Source: Neoechinorhynchus agilis
Taxonomy: Eukaryota; Animalia; Acanthocephala
Assembly (NCBI GenBank): GCA_051530055.1
Contig: CM121342.1
Coordinates: 4,215,489-4,279,488, forward strand
Length of the DNA stretch: 64,000 nucleotides
Direction: 5' to 3'
The stretch's first letter is position 1, and every line of letters begins with the position of its first letter. Below the pieces are notes generated by a model. That model worked only from the letters and a program-made list of their open reading frames with translations, did not search any database and had not been told where the DNA came from. Below are positions 49,021-61,500 of the stretch, in pieces. A program made the position numbers and the translations under genes.

Positions 49021-50882
49021 ACAAGAATTAAATTTGTTTGCTTTGGTCATCGTTCGTTAACAAATCTTTTTTTCTCAGGTTACCATGTAAAGACCAAGAG
49101 TGCAAATTTTTTAAATAAAACTAAATTGAGATCGAACAGACGTTTCAATTTTAGGATATTGTATAAATCGATTAATGGATCTCGTTGCTATTAGTATATA
49201 GAGGTCCATGTTTGCGCCTGATTGAAACTGGAGGTTAATGGTTCACTTTGGTGTTTGGAGTCCACAGTGGCAGACTAGATTATTTAGGTAAAGATAACGA
49301 GAATATCGGTCGAATCTACGAGATGATAGGAGGAGACCAGACCTGACATTGGTAGTCTTGGCCATTTACACGCGTATACACTTCCAGGATCTGTATAACT
49401 GGAGGTCGACGATGCCAGCATTCGTGGCTAGGTCTCGGCTGCATTGGCAATCAGAAACTTGACAGTTGAATCTCATTTTGTAATTTGGAACGAAAATTGA
49501 TTTCGACCGTTACATTTAGACGGTGGCGTGACCATTTAAGTGGCCATCACATTTCAGGAGCCGATTGCGTACTATTAAAATTATTAGCACATTTGATTTT
49601 GATTTATTGGGGAAATATTTCGAAAGAGGTGACCTCTCCTCTTCGAAACGCTATTACCAGGATTATTTTGACCAAAACAAACCCTTATTTGAGAAATATT
49701 TCACAATGTCGTTTTTTTTTCGTTTTTTATCTTTGTATGTTTGATCTATGGCATGTGAAATTATAATTTTTATATTTGGGGGCCACTCGTAAAATTTGAA
49801 TCTATATTTTATCACCTTTGAGAGTTGGCCTGCATTTTTTTTGACGAATTCTTGATATTTTCCGCCCGGACTCACAATCAATGAAGCCGGATTCGCTAAT
49901 GATATTATTAAAATAGTCCAGATTGGAGACTTGGTTAATAATTTATAGATTCGGCTAAAGGCGAGAGGACAAAAAAATCGTTTATAAACCGCATTTCTTG
50001 ATTTGAAATTTTCGAGATGAATGACCGAATCTCAGACGGCACCATTGGTCCCTATTGAAGAATGGCCGTCTCTTCCCAGAAAGCATATTCCTAACCAAAT
50101 GTCACAATAGGGATGGACAGAGCGACTAGTGCTGCACTGGAAGTTCGATTCTCGCATTCTGGCAACGGTCTTCGAGATTTAATTAGCACATCAAGCCAAT
50201 TCTTGTGTAAGCGTAAAGACCGTGTTTCTTAAATATCAGACAGAGCCGGAAAAGCAAACTTGGATCAGGGTAGTGCCACTTGCTACGCTGCTATTACATT
50301 TTCGTAGCGCCAGTTTTATGATGTTAACACCGCCCTGGGGGATAAGCAGTTTTGAGGGAGTAGAAATGCCAGCAAAGACAAATTATTCTCTTAAATATCG
50401 ACCGGGGAGCAACAAGTCTAGAGGTCACACCTTCTAACGAAAAGAAGATCAATTTACACGCCCTTTTAGAACTCATCCATTTATGCTTTTTTAAAAAAAA
50501 TCCAGTCGGAGAAATGTAGTGCGGAATATTTCTCTAGATCTGTTGACGGGATAAATCTCTCAGAATTCTGGGGAAAATGTCATTCTAAGCGACAGACCAG
50601 AAAATTGCGATACTTTTCAAATAACCCATGAAATCCTTCTCTAATTAAAGTAATAAGATATTTCCCGGGGTGAATTTTATTCGAGTTTGGCGATATGATC
50701 ATTTATTCAAAATATTTCGTGCGAATCCGTGGATCCACGTCTATAGTCCAATTCTGATTTTAACTTAATTTGGAGATATAACTGAAGAGGTAAGCAAAAA
50801 GCTGATCAACAACAACGAATAAAATTCTTCGAATCTTCCATTGAGTATTTAGAGCAAAAACAATTCTGAAGAAACAGTACCC

Positions 50883-52296
50883 AAAAATATTAAAATCCTT
50901 TTTCTTGTTTTAAAGTGTATCCACACGGCTGATTATTTTATTATTTTTTGAAAAAAACCCAGCCTACCAAACCGAATAATCAGCCATGAAAAAGGTCTTT
51001 TACCCACGATTAATTCTTAATAATGAAAGCGGCCTTTTTTAAACCAAATTAAAATTTTCCAATGGATATTTTTCTCCGTTGAAATCGATATCCTAATGTC
51101 GCTATGATTACATCACGATCAGACGGCAAAGTTCGGGGGTAAAAATAAAATCTATAGGCTACCGTAAAAATATTAAAATCCTTTTTCTTGTTTTAAAGTG
51201 TATCCACACGGCTGATTATTTTATTATTTTTAAAAAAACCCAGCCTACCAAACCGAATAATCAGCCATGAAAAAGGTCTTTTACCCCGATTATTCTTAAT
51301 AATGAAAGCGGCCTTTTTTAAACCAAATTAAAATTTTCCAATTGATATTTTTCTCCGTTGAAATCGATATCCTAATGTCGCTATGATTACATCACGATCA
51401 GACGGCAAAGTTCGGGGGTAAAAATAAAATCTATAGGCTACCGTAAAAATATTAAAATCCTTTTTCTTGTTTTAAGTGTATCCACACGGCTGATTATTTT
51501 ATTATTTTTTGAAAAAAAACCCAGCCTACCAAACCGAATAATCAGCCATGAAAAAGGTCTTTTACCCACGATTTATTCTTAATAATGAAAGCGGCCTTTT
51601 TTAAACCAAATTAAAATTTTCCAATGGATATTTTTCTCCGTTGAAATCGATATCCTAATGTCGCTATGATTACATCACGATCAGACGGCAAAGTTCGGGG
51701 GTAAAAATAAAATCTATAGGCTACCGTAAAAATATTAAAATCCTTTTTCTTGTTTTAAAGTGTATCCACACGGCTGATTATTTTATTATTTTTTGAAAAA
51801 AACCCAGCCTACCAAACCGAATAATCAGCCATGAAAAAGGTCTTTTACCCACGATTAATTCTTAATAATGAAAGCGGCCTTTTTTAAACCAAATTAAAAT
51901 TTTCCAATGGATATTTTTCTCCGTTGAAATCGATATCCTAATGTCGCTATGATTACATCACGATCAGACGGCAAAGTTCGGGGGTAAAAATAAAATCTAT
52001 AGGCTACCGTAAAAATATTAAAATCCTTTTTCTTGTTTTAAAGTGTATCCACACGGCTGATTATTTTATTATTTTTTGAAAAAAACCCAGCCTACCAAAC
52101 CGAATAATCAGCCATGAAAAAGGTCTTTTACCCACGATTAATTCTTAATAATGAAAGCGGCCTTTTTTAAACCAAATTAAAATTTTCCAATTGATATTTT
52201 TCTCCGTTGAAATCGATATCCTAATGTCGCTATGATTACATCACGATCAGACGGCAAAGTTCGGGGGTAAAAATAAAATCTATAGGCTACCGTAAA
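50883..52296. repeat. Tandem array A10: 283-bp unit x5
   Basis: aaaaatattaaaatcc recurs at 50883, 51166, 51445, 51728 and 52011. Confidence 0.98.
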
Positions 52297-52566
52297 GTAC
52301 ACCTTTCAAGAAATTGTAGTATCTGGAGATAGACGAGACAGGTGACATCGTTCGAACGTCCACAATCCACTATTTCTTCGCTCGACTGCTATCCTTTCCC
52401 CACCACATCTTTATATATATCATTATCTCCAAGCCCGCCGCCAGTAAGCACTCTTAACCAACAAGTATTAACTGATTCGATCAAACACAAGGCACTTGAG
52501 AAACCTTTCAAGCTTAAATTCCTAATATTGTTGATCCAAAACAGTTCTAGATTAAATATTTGTGGT

Positions 52567-55500
52567 ATGGTGTGTACAATGTTCGTTCAAATGATCATGA
52601 TTCAACTACTCGTTCTTGCTCATACAGAAAATCCGACCATTATTTGCTCGTATTCAACCGTTCTAACAAACAAATCCTTAGTAATAAGTCCAAATATGCC
52701 CGATAAATGGTGTCGAGCTGCAGCTCAATCGTGCTCAATCGAACAATTTACGATTTTATACGACGAGTGCGGTTTAGTTTTCGATGTGGAACATGACAAT
52801 GGACAATTTTGCTGGATAAACCCGAGATCAATTCGAAGTTCTTTAACCAAGTGTCGCGTCCTTTTATCCAATCAGGACCACAATTTTAATCTTATATTCG
52901 ATTCTATTGATATTTCTGGAAATACTAGTGCCATTTATCAATTACAAAGGTGCCACGTCCTATCGTCAGTGTCGCCTTTTACTACACTTAAAGATTGTGT
53001 TCCTCTCCATGAGAATTTAAATGTTTCACTCATCTATGAATTACAAACTTTCAGTCCTTATTTCTCTCTTAAAAAACGATCCGGCCAATTAGTGACGAGA
53101 ATGCCACTTTTTACACTCACGAGCATTCCAAATTCCACAATAATCTTGACGGCGAATGCTTACCTATCGGACATAGACTCCCAGACTCATCTCTCGGGTG
53201 TTTATGCGTTCTTATCAATCGAAGTGATCATCATTGAAGATACCGTATTCAGATTTGATGCCGAATCGGGCATTAAGTTGAGATCGTCTTATAACTTATT
53301 TGAGAAATGTGAAATATCTGGACCAATGAAAGCGTTTTCACGTCTGAAAAGATTAGATACCGAGAGTTGGTCATTACAAGCACTAATCAGTCAAAAAATT
53401 AACCCCCGGTGGGATCGAATCGCATCACAAAGTTCAATCAAATTCTGCACAGCAGGATACTTTGACGGGTGCCAATTCTCTCCATTTCCATCGTTAACTA
53501 TGAAACTCGTTAATCACGTTACAGTCGATAAATTTAATATTGGAAATTTACGTGCCTGGATACATAAAAAGATCAATTGGCCGTTTTTAACGCTTACAAA
53601 TTTTCGATTTAGCAACCCAATCATGGGATTTCTGATCAATCGAATTACAGGTGGAATCTATACAATCGATCACAATGTCAACAATGGAACATATTTCCTA
53701 AAAGTAATATTCGACGCATTTGTCTTCAATACTTTCCAGTACAACAATACCGTTGATGTAGAATTGGAAATAAATGATCATATATATACCGATCAAATTA
53801 TTGAATATTTCGAAATCAAGGATCCTCATTTCAACTATTTAATACTTCCAAATGGATCGTTTATTTTGTTTCCCGAAGACGATAACATCGATTTCCGCCT
53901 TGAATACCTTTCCGTTGGACGCACTACATCGTCCGAAGTTTTTGATTTGAAGATTCACTGGGGACGGATCTACGAATGCGAATTTGACCAGAATTCAAAG
54001 TGTTGTCCTCGAATTACGCATTCTTTGTTCAAATCAGCTTCAAATTTTGCTTGCACACTTGATCCATTGACGGCTTGTGTAGTTAAAAATAATTTTACAT
54101 CTAACACCGGCGAAATTTGCTTAGTTTCTCAAACAGTATGCCATCATTTTTGTGAAGAGGAATTGTTCCAAGTTTCAACGAAGACAAATTCTAAACCAAA
54201 ACTTAAGTTTGTTTCGAATTCGGTTAATATTCAGGTTGATAATGCAGTTCTATTCGAGATAATTGGCAAATTGGACGTTCTTGCTTCATCGTTTAACTTA
54301 ACATTTGAACGAACCTATGCCAATGACGGATTCTGCCTCGAAAACAACACTGGATTCATCTATGTATGTACAAAACAAATGAGTTCAACATCATTTACAG
54401 TGAAAGTAATTGATCATGAAACTCATTTATCGGATCAGGCATTAGTTACAATAAGAGTTAATGTTAAAAATTGGGAAGACGAATGTTATTTGAATATATT
54501 GAAGAACCAATTCATGAATGTGGACCTCAATAAAAACTACGAAACGTCTAGATTTCCTATTTTACTAATGGATATCCGTAAACTCGCATGCTATTCTTCA
54601 GTTCATTGTCCAAATGATCTAAATAACATTATGGTATACAATGTGTCATCATCATCAAATAATTTAATATCAATAAACAAAGGATTCCTTGCTGTTCATG
54701 GTGTTCTAGAACCTATTCATGAAATTGCGATCTGTTTTGATCTCTTCAGTCTTAATTTGTACCGAGATCTTCGATTAATTGAGCATCTTACCAAATACCG
54801 ATCATGCTTATTAGTGCGACTAAAAGCACCAAAAGCTCAATTCGCTTTACCGCAATGTACTCACAAAACAACTGAAGTGATTTCAATGTCCTCTCTTCTT
54901 CGAAGACGATTGAACCATACATTTGAGTTATTAATGTTGGATATGGGTGATTTTGAGAAAGACAATATTCATTTCTCAATCAATCGACATGCGTATTCGA
55001 ATATCCCATTTAGAGTCGATGCCAAAACCGGTCTTGTGTGGACTACAATGGCACTTGTTAGAAAGTTCCAGCTTCCAAATACAATCACTATCCACGTTGA
55101 TGCTGAAACATCCTCAGGATTACAATCTAAATGTATTATTCGGTATAGAACATGTAGACCACGAATCGTCCATGCACCTCTTAAATTCTACGCTGAACCA
55201 GCAATGGAATCCAGGTTTAGAATTCCGGTGATAAATACGTGTGGAGACAACTATTTCAAATATGTTTTCTCAATCATTAACGTTTTTAGAGTCCGCGGCT
55301 CGTTCAATATCACAAATAAAATATCAATCGAAGAATTTACTGGTACTTTAATTGTCAAAAATCCTAATGGAATTTACGGTACTGTTCAAGTGACTGTTAA
55401 TGTAAACATAAAGCCACGAATCAGTGATTACCCAAACATAAAATTCGTCGATCTCATGAGTAGAAAGCTCAAAACTAAAGTCATTCTCGAGTTTATAGAC

Positions 55501-58500
55501 AAAAAACCGGTTGAAGTGTATCGTAGATTTACACAAATGGATCTGCCCGAAAAAGAGAAACCAGGACGCATATTGATAAGGTTCAATCCGACGCTTTTAA
55601 TGACTAAGCCGTTGTTTTCACTTGGAGGTTAGTTTTTTTGCAAAAACAAATATCTTTTTCATTTGTTTTATGTCGACATTTTTGTTTTGTTCCCAATTAT
55701 GAAATCAATGCTCAATTTTTGCTTCAGGAGCTGCCAAACTTAAGACTAAATAATTTTACTTTGTCTTAATTTTGTTTTGATTAATTCGAAGATGCAGGCA
55801 TCGTATTCGGTCCCAAAAATATTATTTATTTTGAAACGTTAATATTTCTGCCAAAAAATTCGTTAGGTCCTATTTCAATCTACCGTTTTAAGAACAAATA
55901 CAAATCTTTTAATAAATGATGTATTACATTTCTTTTCGAATTTAAATTTGTATGTTTTTTGAACGCCAATGATAGTTGTGCTCTTATTATTTACACTCTC
56001 CGGACAATAAAGATATTGATTTATTGCGATATTTCGCTGGGCAAATCCAGTATTCTAAAGCATTAATCCAAAATTAAACTTCAAAAATAAATTTAATTTT
56101 CGATTAATGCTTGACAAATGTCGACATTTTTGTTTTGTTCCCAATTATGAAATCAATGCTCAACTTTTGCTTCAGGAGCTGTCAAACTTAAGACTAAATA
56201 ATTTTACTTTATCTTAATTTTGTTTTGATTAATTCGAAGATGCAGGCATCGTATTCGCTCCCAAAAGTATTATTTATTTTGAAACGTTAATATTTCTGCC
56301 AAAAATTCGTTAGGTCCTATTTCAATCTACCGTTTTAAGAACAAATACAAATCTTTTAATAAATGATGTATTACATTTCTTTTCGAATTTAAATTTGTAG
56401 ATTAATTGCGATATTTCGCTGGGCAAATCCAGTATTCTAAAGCATTAATCCAAAATTAAACTTCAAAAATAAATTTAATTTTCGATTAATGCTTTAGAAT
56501 GTTGGATTTGCCCAGCGAAATATCGCAATAAATCAATATCTTTATTGTCCAGAGAGTAGGAATCACCTCAGCAACACAATACCTCCGAGGAACCTTTTAC
56601 ATCAGATTCTTATTATTTAATTAAAAAATTCGTAAACTCTTTTTTTTAGGTATAAACTCAAGTCTATTTTATATTGATCCCGATAAAGGAGATTTATATC
56701 TGACGGCGCATATCAATTCAGAACCAAGACAAGACGACATAAATCCATCTTCTTTTAATGTAATTATCTACGATGCCAACAAAGGCCAAAGCGAATACAT
56801 TGAAGTCGTTGTATTTCCAATTCGCAGTTACATTGAGGGAAAACGCGTTGATCCTTTGTCGAAAATCCGAAATCTAACATTGCAAGTAAATGTTCGAGAG
56901 AAGATGGATAAGATGATCGCTAATTTGGTAGACATCGATATGATTGAAGCTAAAACAATGTTGGAACTTATAGACTCACGTCCGTCGATAGGACTCGATT
57001 TATTTAAGATGAACTCTGGGATTTTATCACTAAAAAAAGACATTAATATCAAAGAAGTTCCTCTTAAATACGAACTTGTGATTCGCTGTACTTACGACAA
57101 TGCAAAAGTCGATTATTCAAGCTTATATGTGAATTTCAAATCAAATTTGCCTTCTGAAAACACTTCACTCCTATTTCCGTCGTTGATAAGAATCCCTCGG
57201 ACCACCGATAAAAGTAGCGTTTGTGTTGCGGCAATAAATAGGATAGGAACGATCGATGATGTGCCAAATGTTGTTCAATTTGATAATGCTAATGTTTGGA
57301 CCGAGCAGCAATTCAATCAAATGCTGATTTGCTTGAACTCACAGTCGGATTTCAATCACGGTGTCCAAGTTACATCCCATGGTAATCAAGAACTGATTTT
57401 TGAAAAGCCGCAAAATCATGACTATAAAGTATATGACATTGTTCTATCCAAAAATGATCCAAATATGGTATCTAACCTACGAAAAAGTCTGATAGCTCAA
57501 AGATATACTTTGGACGATATGAATACCATCGATATTCTTCAACACGCTATTATATTTGGACTTAGAAAAAATGAAGAATTTGTGATCGAATTTCCCTCCA
57601 TGAATCAACTTGCTTACGTCGAATCATTGAATTTTGACAGTTTTGAAGAAACTATTGAATTAATGGCGACGAAAATTACTAATTTATCATCTTGTGTGGT
57701 TCAGAAACTTACGAGAATTACGGCGAACGTGAGTCAATTGAACAAATCGTTTAAAATTTTCCTACCTAAGAGGAATGCGTCTTGTGTATTGAGATATGCT
57801 AAGGTTATTAACCAAAATGGAATCGCAACGATAATTCGTGGTGGAATTCTTTTAAACATTAAACAACTCAATGGAAACCAAGTGTTTTTGAAGTACTTTG
57901 CAAGTTGCGATCCAAATTGGGAATTGCTTATGGAAGGCGAGAGCGTCGTTGGGTTCGACTTTAATCTAACAACGATACGAGTAAATATAACACTTACAAC
58001 TTTGAACCCTGATATTCCTCTGGGACGAATTTCATTGGAAAAGGATGAAAAGGTTTATCTTGGTAATTCTTGCTATATTGAAATCAATCATAAATCTGGT
58101 TATATTTTTGTGAAACCGTTTAATTTTAAAAGAATTAATATCAAGAGGACAAAAGATAGATGTGATGGATACATAGGTGAGTACAATTTACCTACAAAAT
58201 TGCTGGAGGTTCATATAATACCTTCTCAAAATATATCTTATTATTTTAATGAATTTGTAAGACCATTCAATTTAATCACACGACTGCCGAGCAAAGGATC
58301 TATTGCTTTTGACTTAAAACCTTTCGTTAAGAACGAAATGAATTTTCGCCTGCATTGCTTTAATGGTACTCGTTGCAATGTTGCTCGAATCAATGAGAAA
58401 AATGGAATTATCGCAGTGGATACATTCGTTGACTTTAAAGAACACGTTACGATTGTTGAGGCTTTTGCTCCTAACACCTATCGACATTCGTTTGCTCACA

Positions 58501-61500
58501 TTTTGCTCACAACGGACTCGGAAAAGTTCAACGAAACGAGCTTAAAATGGATGATACGGCGGTCAATTTCAATTGCATACAACCGAATAAAAGATCAAGA
58601 TTATTTCTGGGTTCCTATATTTAAGAATTTATCCAATCAAAAGAGAATTCTTGTAAAACAACATGATGCCGATTGGGTGTCGATTGTCAATCTAAAAAAG
58701 TATGGAATTGTGGGAATAAAAACGCGATTGTTGCGACTAAATTCTGAACCAGTAAAAAGCGATCATTTATTGGTTTGCGACTACTTTAATCAATCTGATT
58801 GTGAGCTTGTTCGTCTGAATATCGTCATTGCCGAGGACAAATACCCACCTCAATTTCTGGACCAAGATATACTTGAAACTACTCGGTGGTGTGAAAAGTG
58901 GCCTTGCTATGCGACAAGTGCTTTTGATCCTGATGGTGGTCCAATTTCTTATACTCTTGAAAACAGCGACTTGTGCAAAGTCCTATCTATTGACTCTGAC
59001 ACTGGCACTATCAATATCATTGAAAATAATCAAAATCATCCATTTACGGACGTATTGGTGCGTGCTATTGATGGTGCTAATCGTAGTGCCATCAGTGGTC
59101 CTCATCGAATTATCTTCGACAATGAATGGTGCCGAAATTTCCATTTGATTGCCTTCAAATATACCGTCTACAGCAAATCTATGCCAATAAAATCCACTCT
59201 TCTAAAGGTTCGTTTAATTGAGGGTTTTTACTTTCAATAAGACTTTAATGTTTCGTTTTTAAGGTACCGATTGAACACGAGGATAATATAATAATCCGGT
59301 CACAAGATGGCGGAAAACCTTTTATTGTTTCTGTTGATAATTCGTTTTTAACGCTCAAATGGCGCAACATTGATGCGGAATCAGTGCCAGGTGAGTTGAA
59401 AGTTCTAACCGTAGTTTATCACCTAAAACGTTTCTATTGTCTTGTTTCCGAAATTCAGCAGAGAGAATACCAACGACAGTCTAGAAAACGAAATAAAGAA
59501 ATACCCTAACTTCTTTTTAGTTGACGGTTGGCATAATTTTTCAATAAGCGTATCGAAAAAGCACTGCAAAGATGATACAGGAAAAATTGCGATCAATGTT
59601 TTGGTTTCGGATTCCGGTCACAACAATCGTTTAAGACGACATCGACAAATTCAAAACAAAGTCAATGGAAGCAAATGGTGCTCATCTTCTCCTTTAAAAG
59701 ATAATGAAGTCGTATGTTACACATTCCGCCGACCGAATAGAAAGTACAAACGATCTTGCTTCCTAGAAGGACCCACGATTGGTTCTAAGCAATTGATTGA
59801 TCCTGAAAATGATCAGTGCTGTATTAAGTTCGGGCGTTCTACTGATGCCATTTGGATAAATGAAGATTTGCCTCTGGGTGCAATATACGGCATTTCCCTA
59901 ATGACGAGAAACGATTGCTGTGGAGGTCCTGAATCCTTTCCAGAAGTCATCATTGATTATAAAGCTTCTTCAGCCGGAGTCAAAAATGTATTTAATCTAA
60001 CCGATACTACGGTGCATTTGAAAACAAAATTAAACTCAAATCAAATGCAATTTTATAGGATCGTATTGAAAGTAGGCTTATGTGACCGAATGGAACTTGA
60101 TGTCCACATCATGGACGTCAACGATCATCCTCCCATTTTCATTCGTCCGAACTCTTCACAGAACTATTTAACATTAAACTTTGATCACTGTAAAATAAAT
60201 GGATCGCCAATCTACGACATTGAGATCAAAGATGAAGATCGACTTTGTGGTAATGTTCAGCTCTTCATAAGAGGAAAAGGAAGTCATTTCTTCAAAATTG
60301 AAAATAATCAGCTGGTGTGTTCATCGAGAACGCAGATCATAACTCTTGAGAGATGTTATCTGTCGATATTTGCATTCGATGGAACTTTCTTGACTAAAAC
60401 CTATTTGAATATAAACGTGACGCGTGTTTCCAATCAGATCTATTGTTTTAATCAGGTAAGTCAATTAAGTTCTAAAATTGACACAGTCTTTCCATTTATA
60501 AATTTTCAATCACCTTCCTCTCTTTTTTAAACATTAAACAAGATCTCATTCACTACCAAATGATTATTATCCGAATTTTAAACCTTTTTTTTAAGAATCA
60601 ATGTATTTTGAACTGCAAAGTCCCATAACTTATAATTTTAAAGACTTTCCTGATGTTCTCTCATTTAGGAGCCGATTCGTAGACTGTTTTCTGTATCAGG
60701 CAATCTTCCAATGGCACTATTCAACATAACCGAATATTATTATTCATTTTCGCCTCAAAATATATCGTTGGAAATTTCATTAGCAGCCAATGAGTTGCAC
60801 AATGATGCCTTATACATCGATGGTTCACTCTTAAGGACGATTTGGCTCTTACAAATACCGACTGTTGCATCAATGAGTATTGAAGTCTTCGTTGACGGTG
60901 GATGTAAACTACAGTTTATAGTTGAATTTACCCATAAAAATCGATACGAGCCACGGATTTCGCTACAAATGTTTGACCAAAACGAGTTTTTAAGACTAAG
61001 AAAAGACGAAGAATATTCAATTGGTCAAGTAATTGCAATGGACGATGACGATTATAATCCAGGAACCCGGAATAGTCTTTTGTCATACGAACTGTATTCG
61101 AATTCTTCATACCTAATGCTTGACAGAAACACTGGAACAATCATCGTCAAGGATCCTGGATCCGAGATGTTTCAATTGAACGTAAGCATTGCAGTTTGCG
61201 ATCATGGATTGGACGAAAAGTGTGTAAGAACGAGTTTTCCAATCACCGTTCGATTTCTTGATATAAATCAAGTTTTTAAAGATAATCAGAGCATAGAAGT
61301 GGAAGAAGACGCTGAAGTAGGACGAATGATATGGACAATACCTTCTGAGTTCAAACAGTATTTACTCAAGAATGAAATGAAACTCGATGTCCATTTTGAC
61401 GATACCCATTTCATATATAGTAACTATTCGATTTTTGTAAACAAAAAGCTCGACAGAGAAGTTCAATCGAATCATTCGCCACTAACTTTGTGTGTCCACT

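Noticed and set aside
49150-50440. GC-richer islands with faint RRPD and SGNGL-like motifs, suggesting old CRE debris
   Set aside because: Matches are too short and frames too broken to support by eye.
1053-52296. Tandem arrays as CRISPR-like repeat-spacer arrays or as tRNA/5S/snRNA/SL-RNA gene clusters
   Set aside because: Units are repeated in full with no unique spacers. I see no cloverleaf, A/B boxes or convincing SL exon plus Sm site. Isolated AATTTTTG motifs in A5 and A7 are expected in AT-rich DNA. An Rfam scan would settle it.
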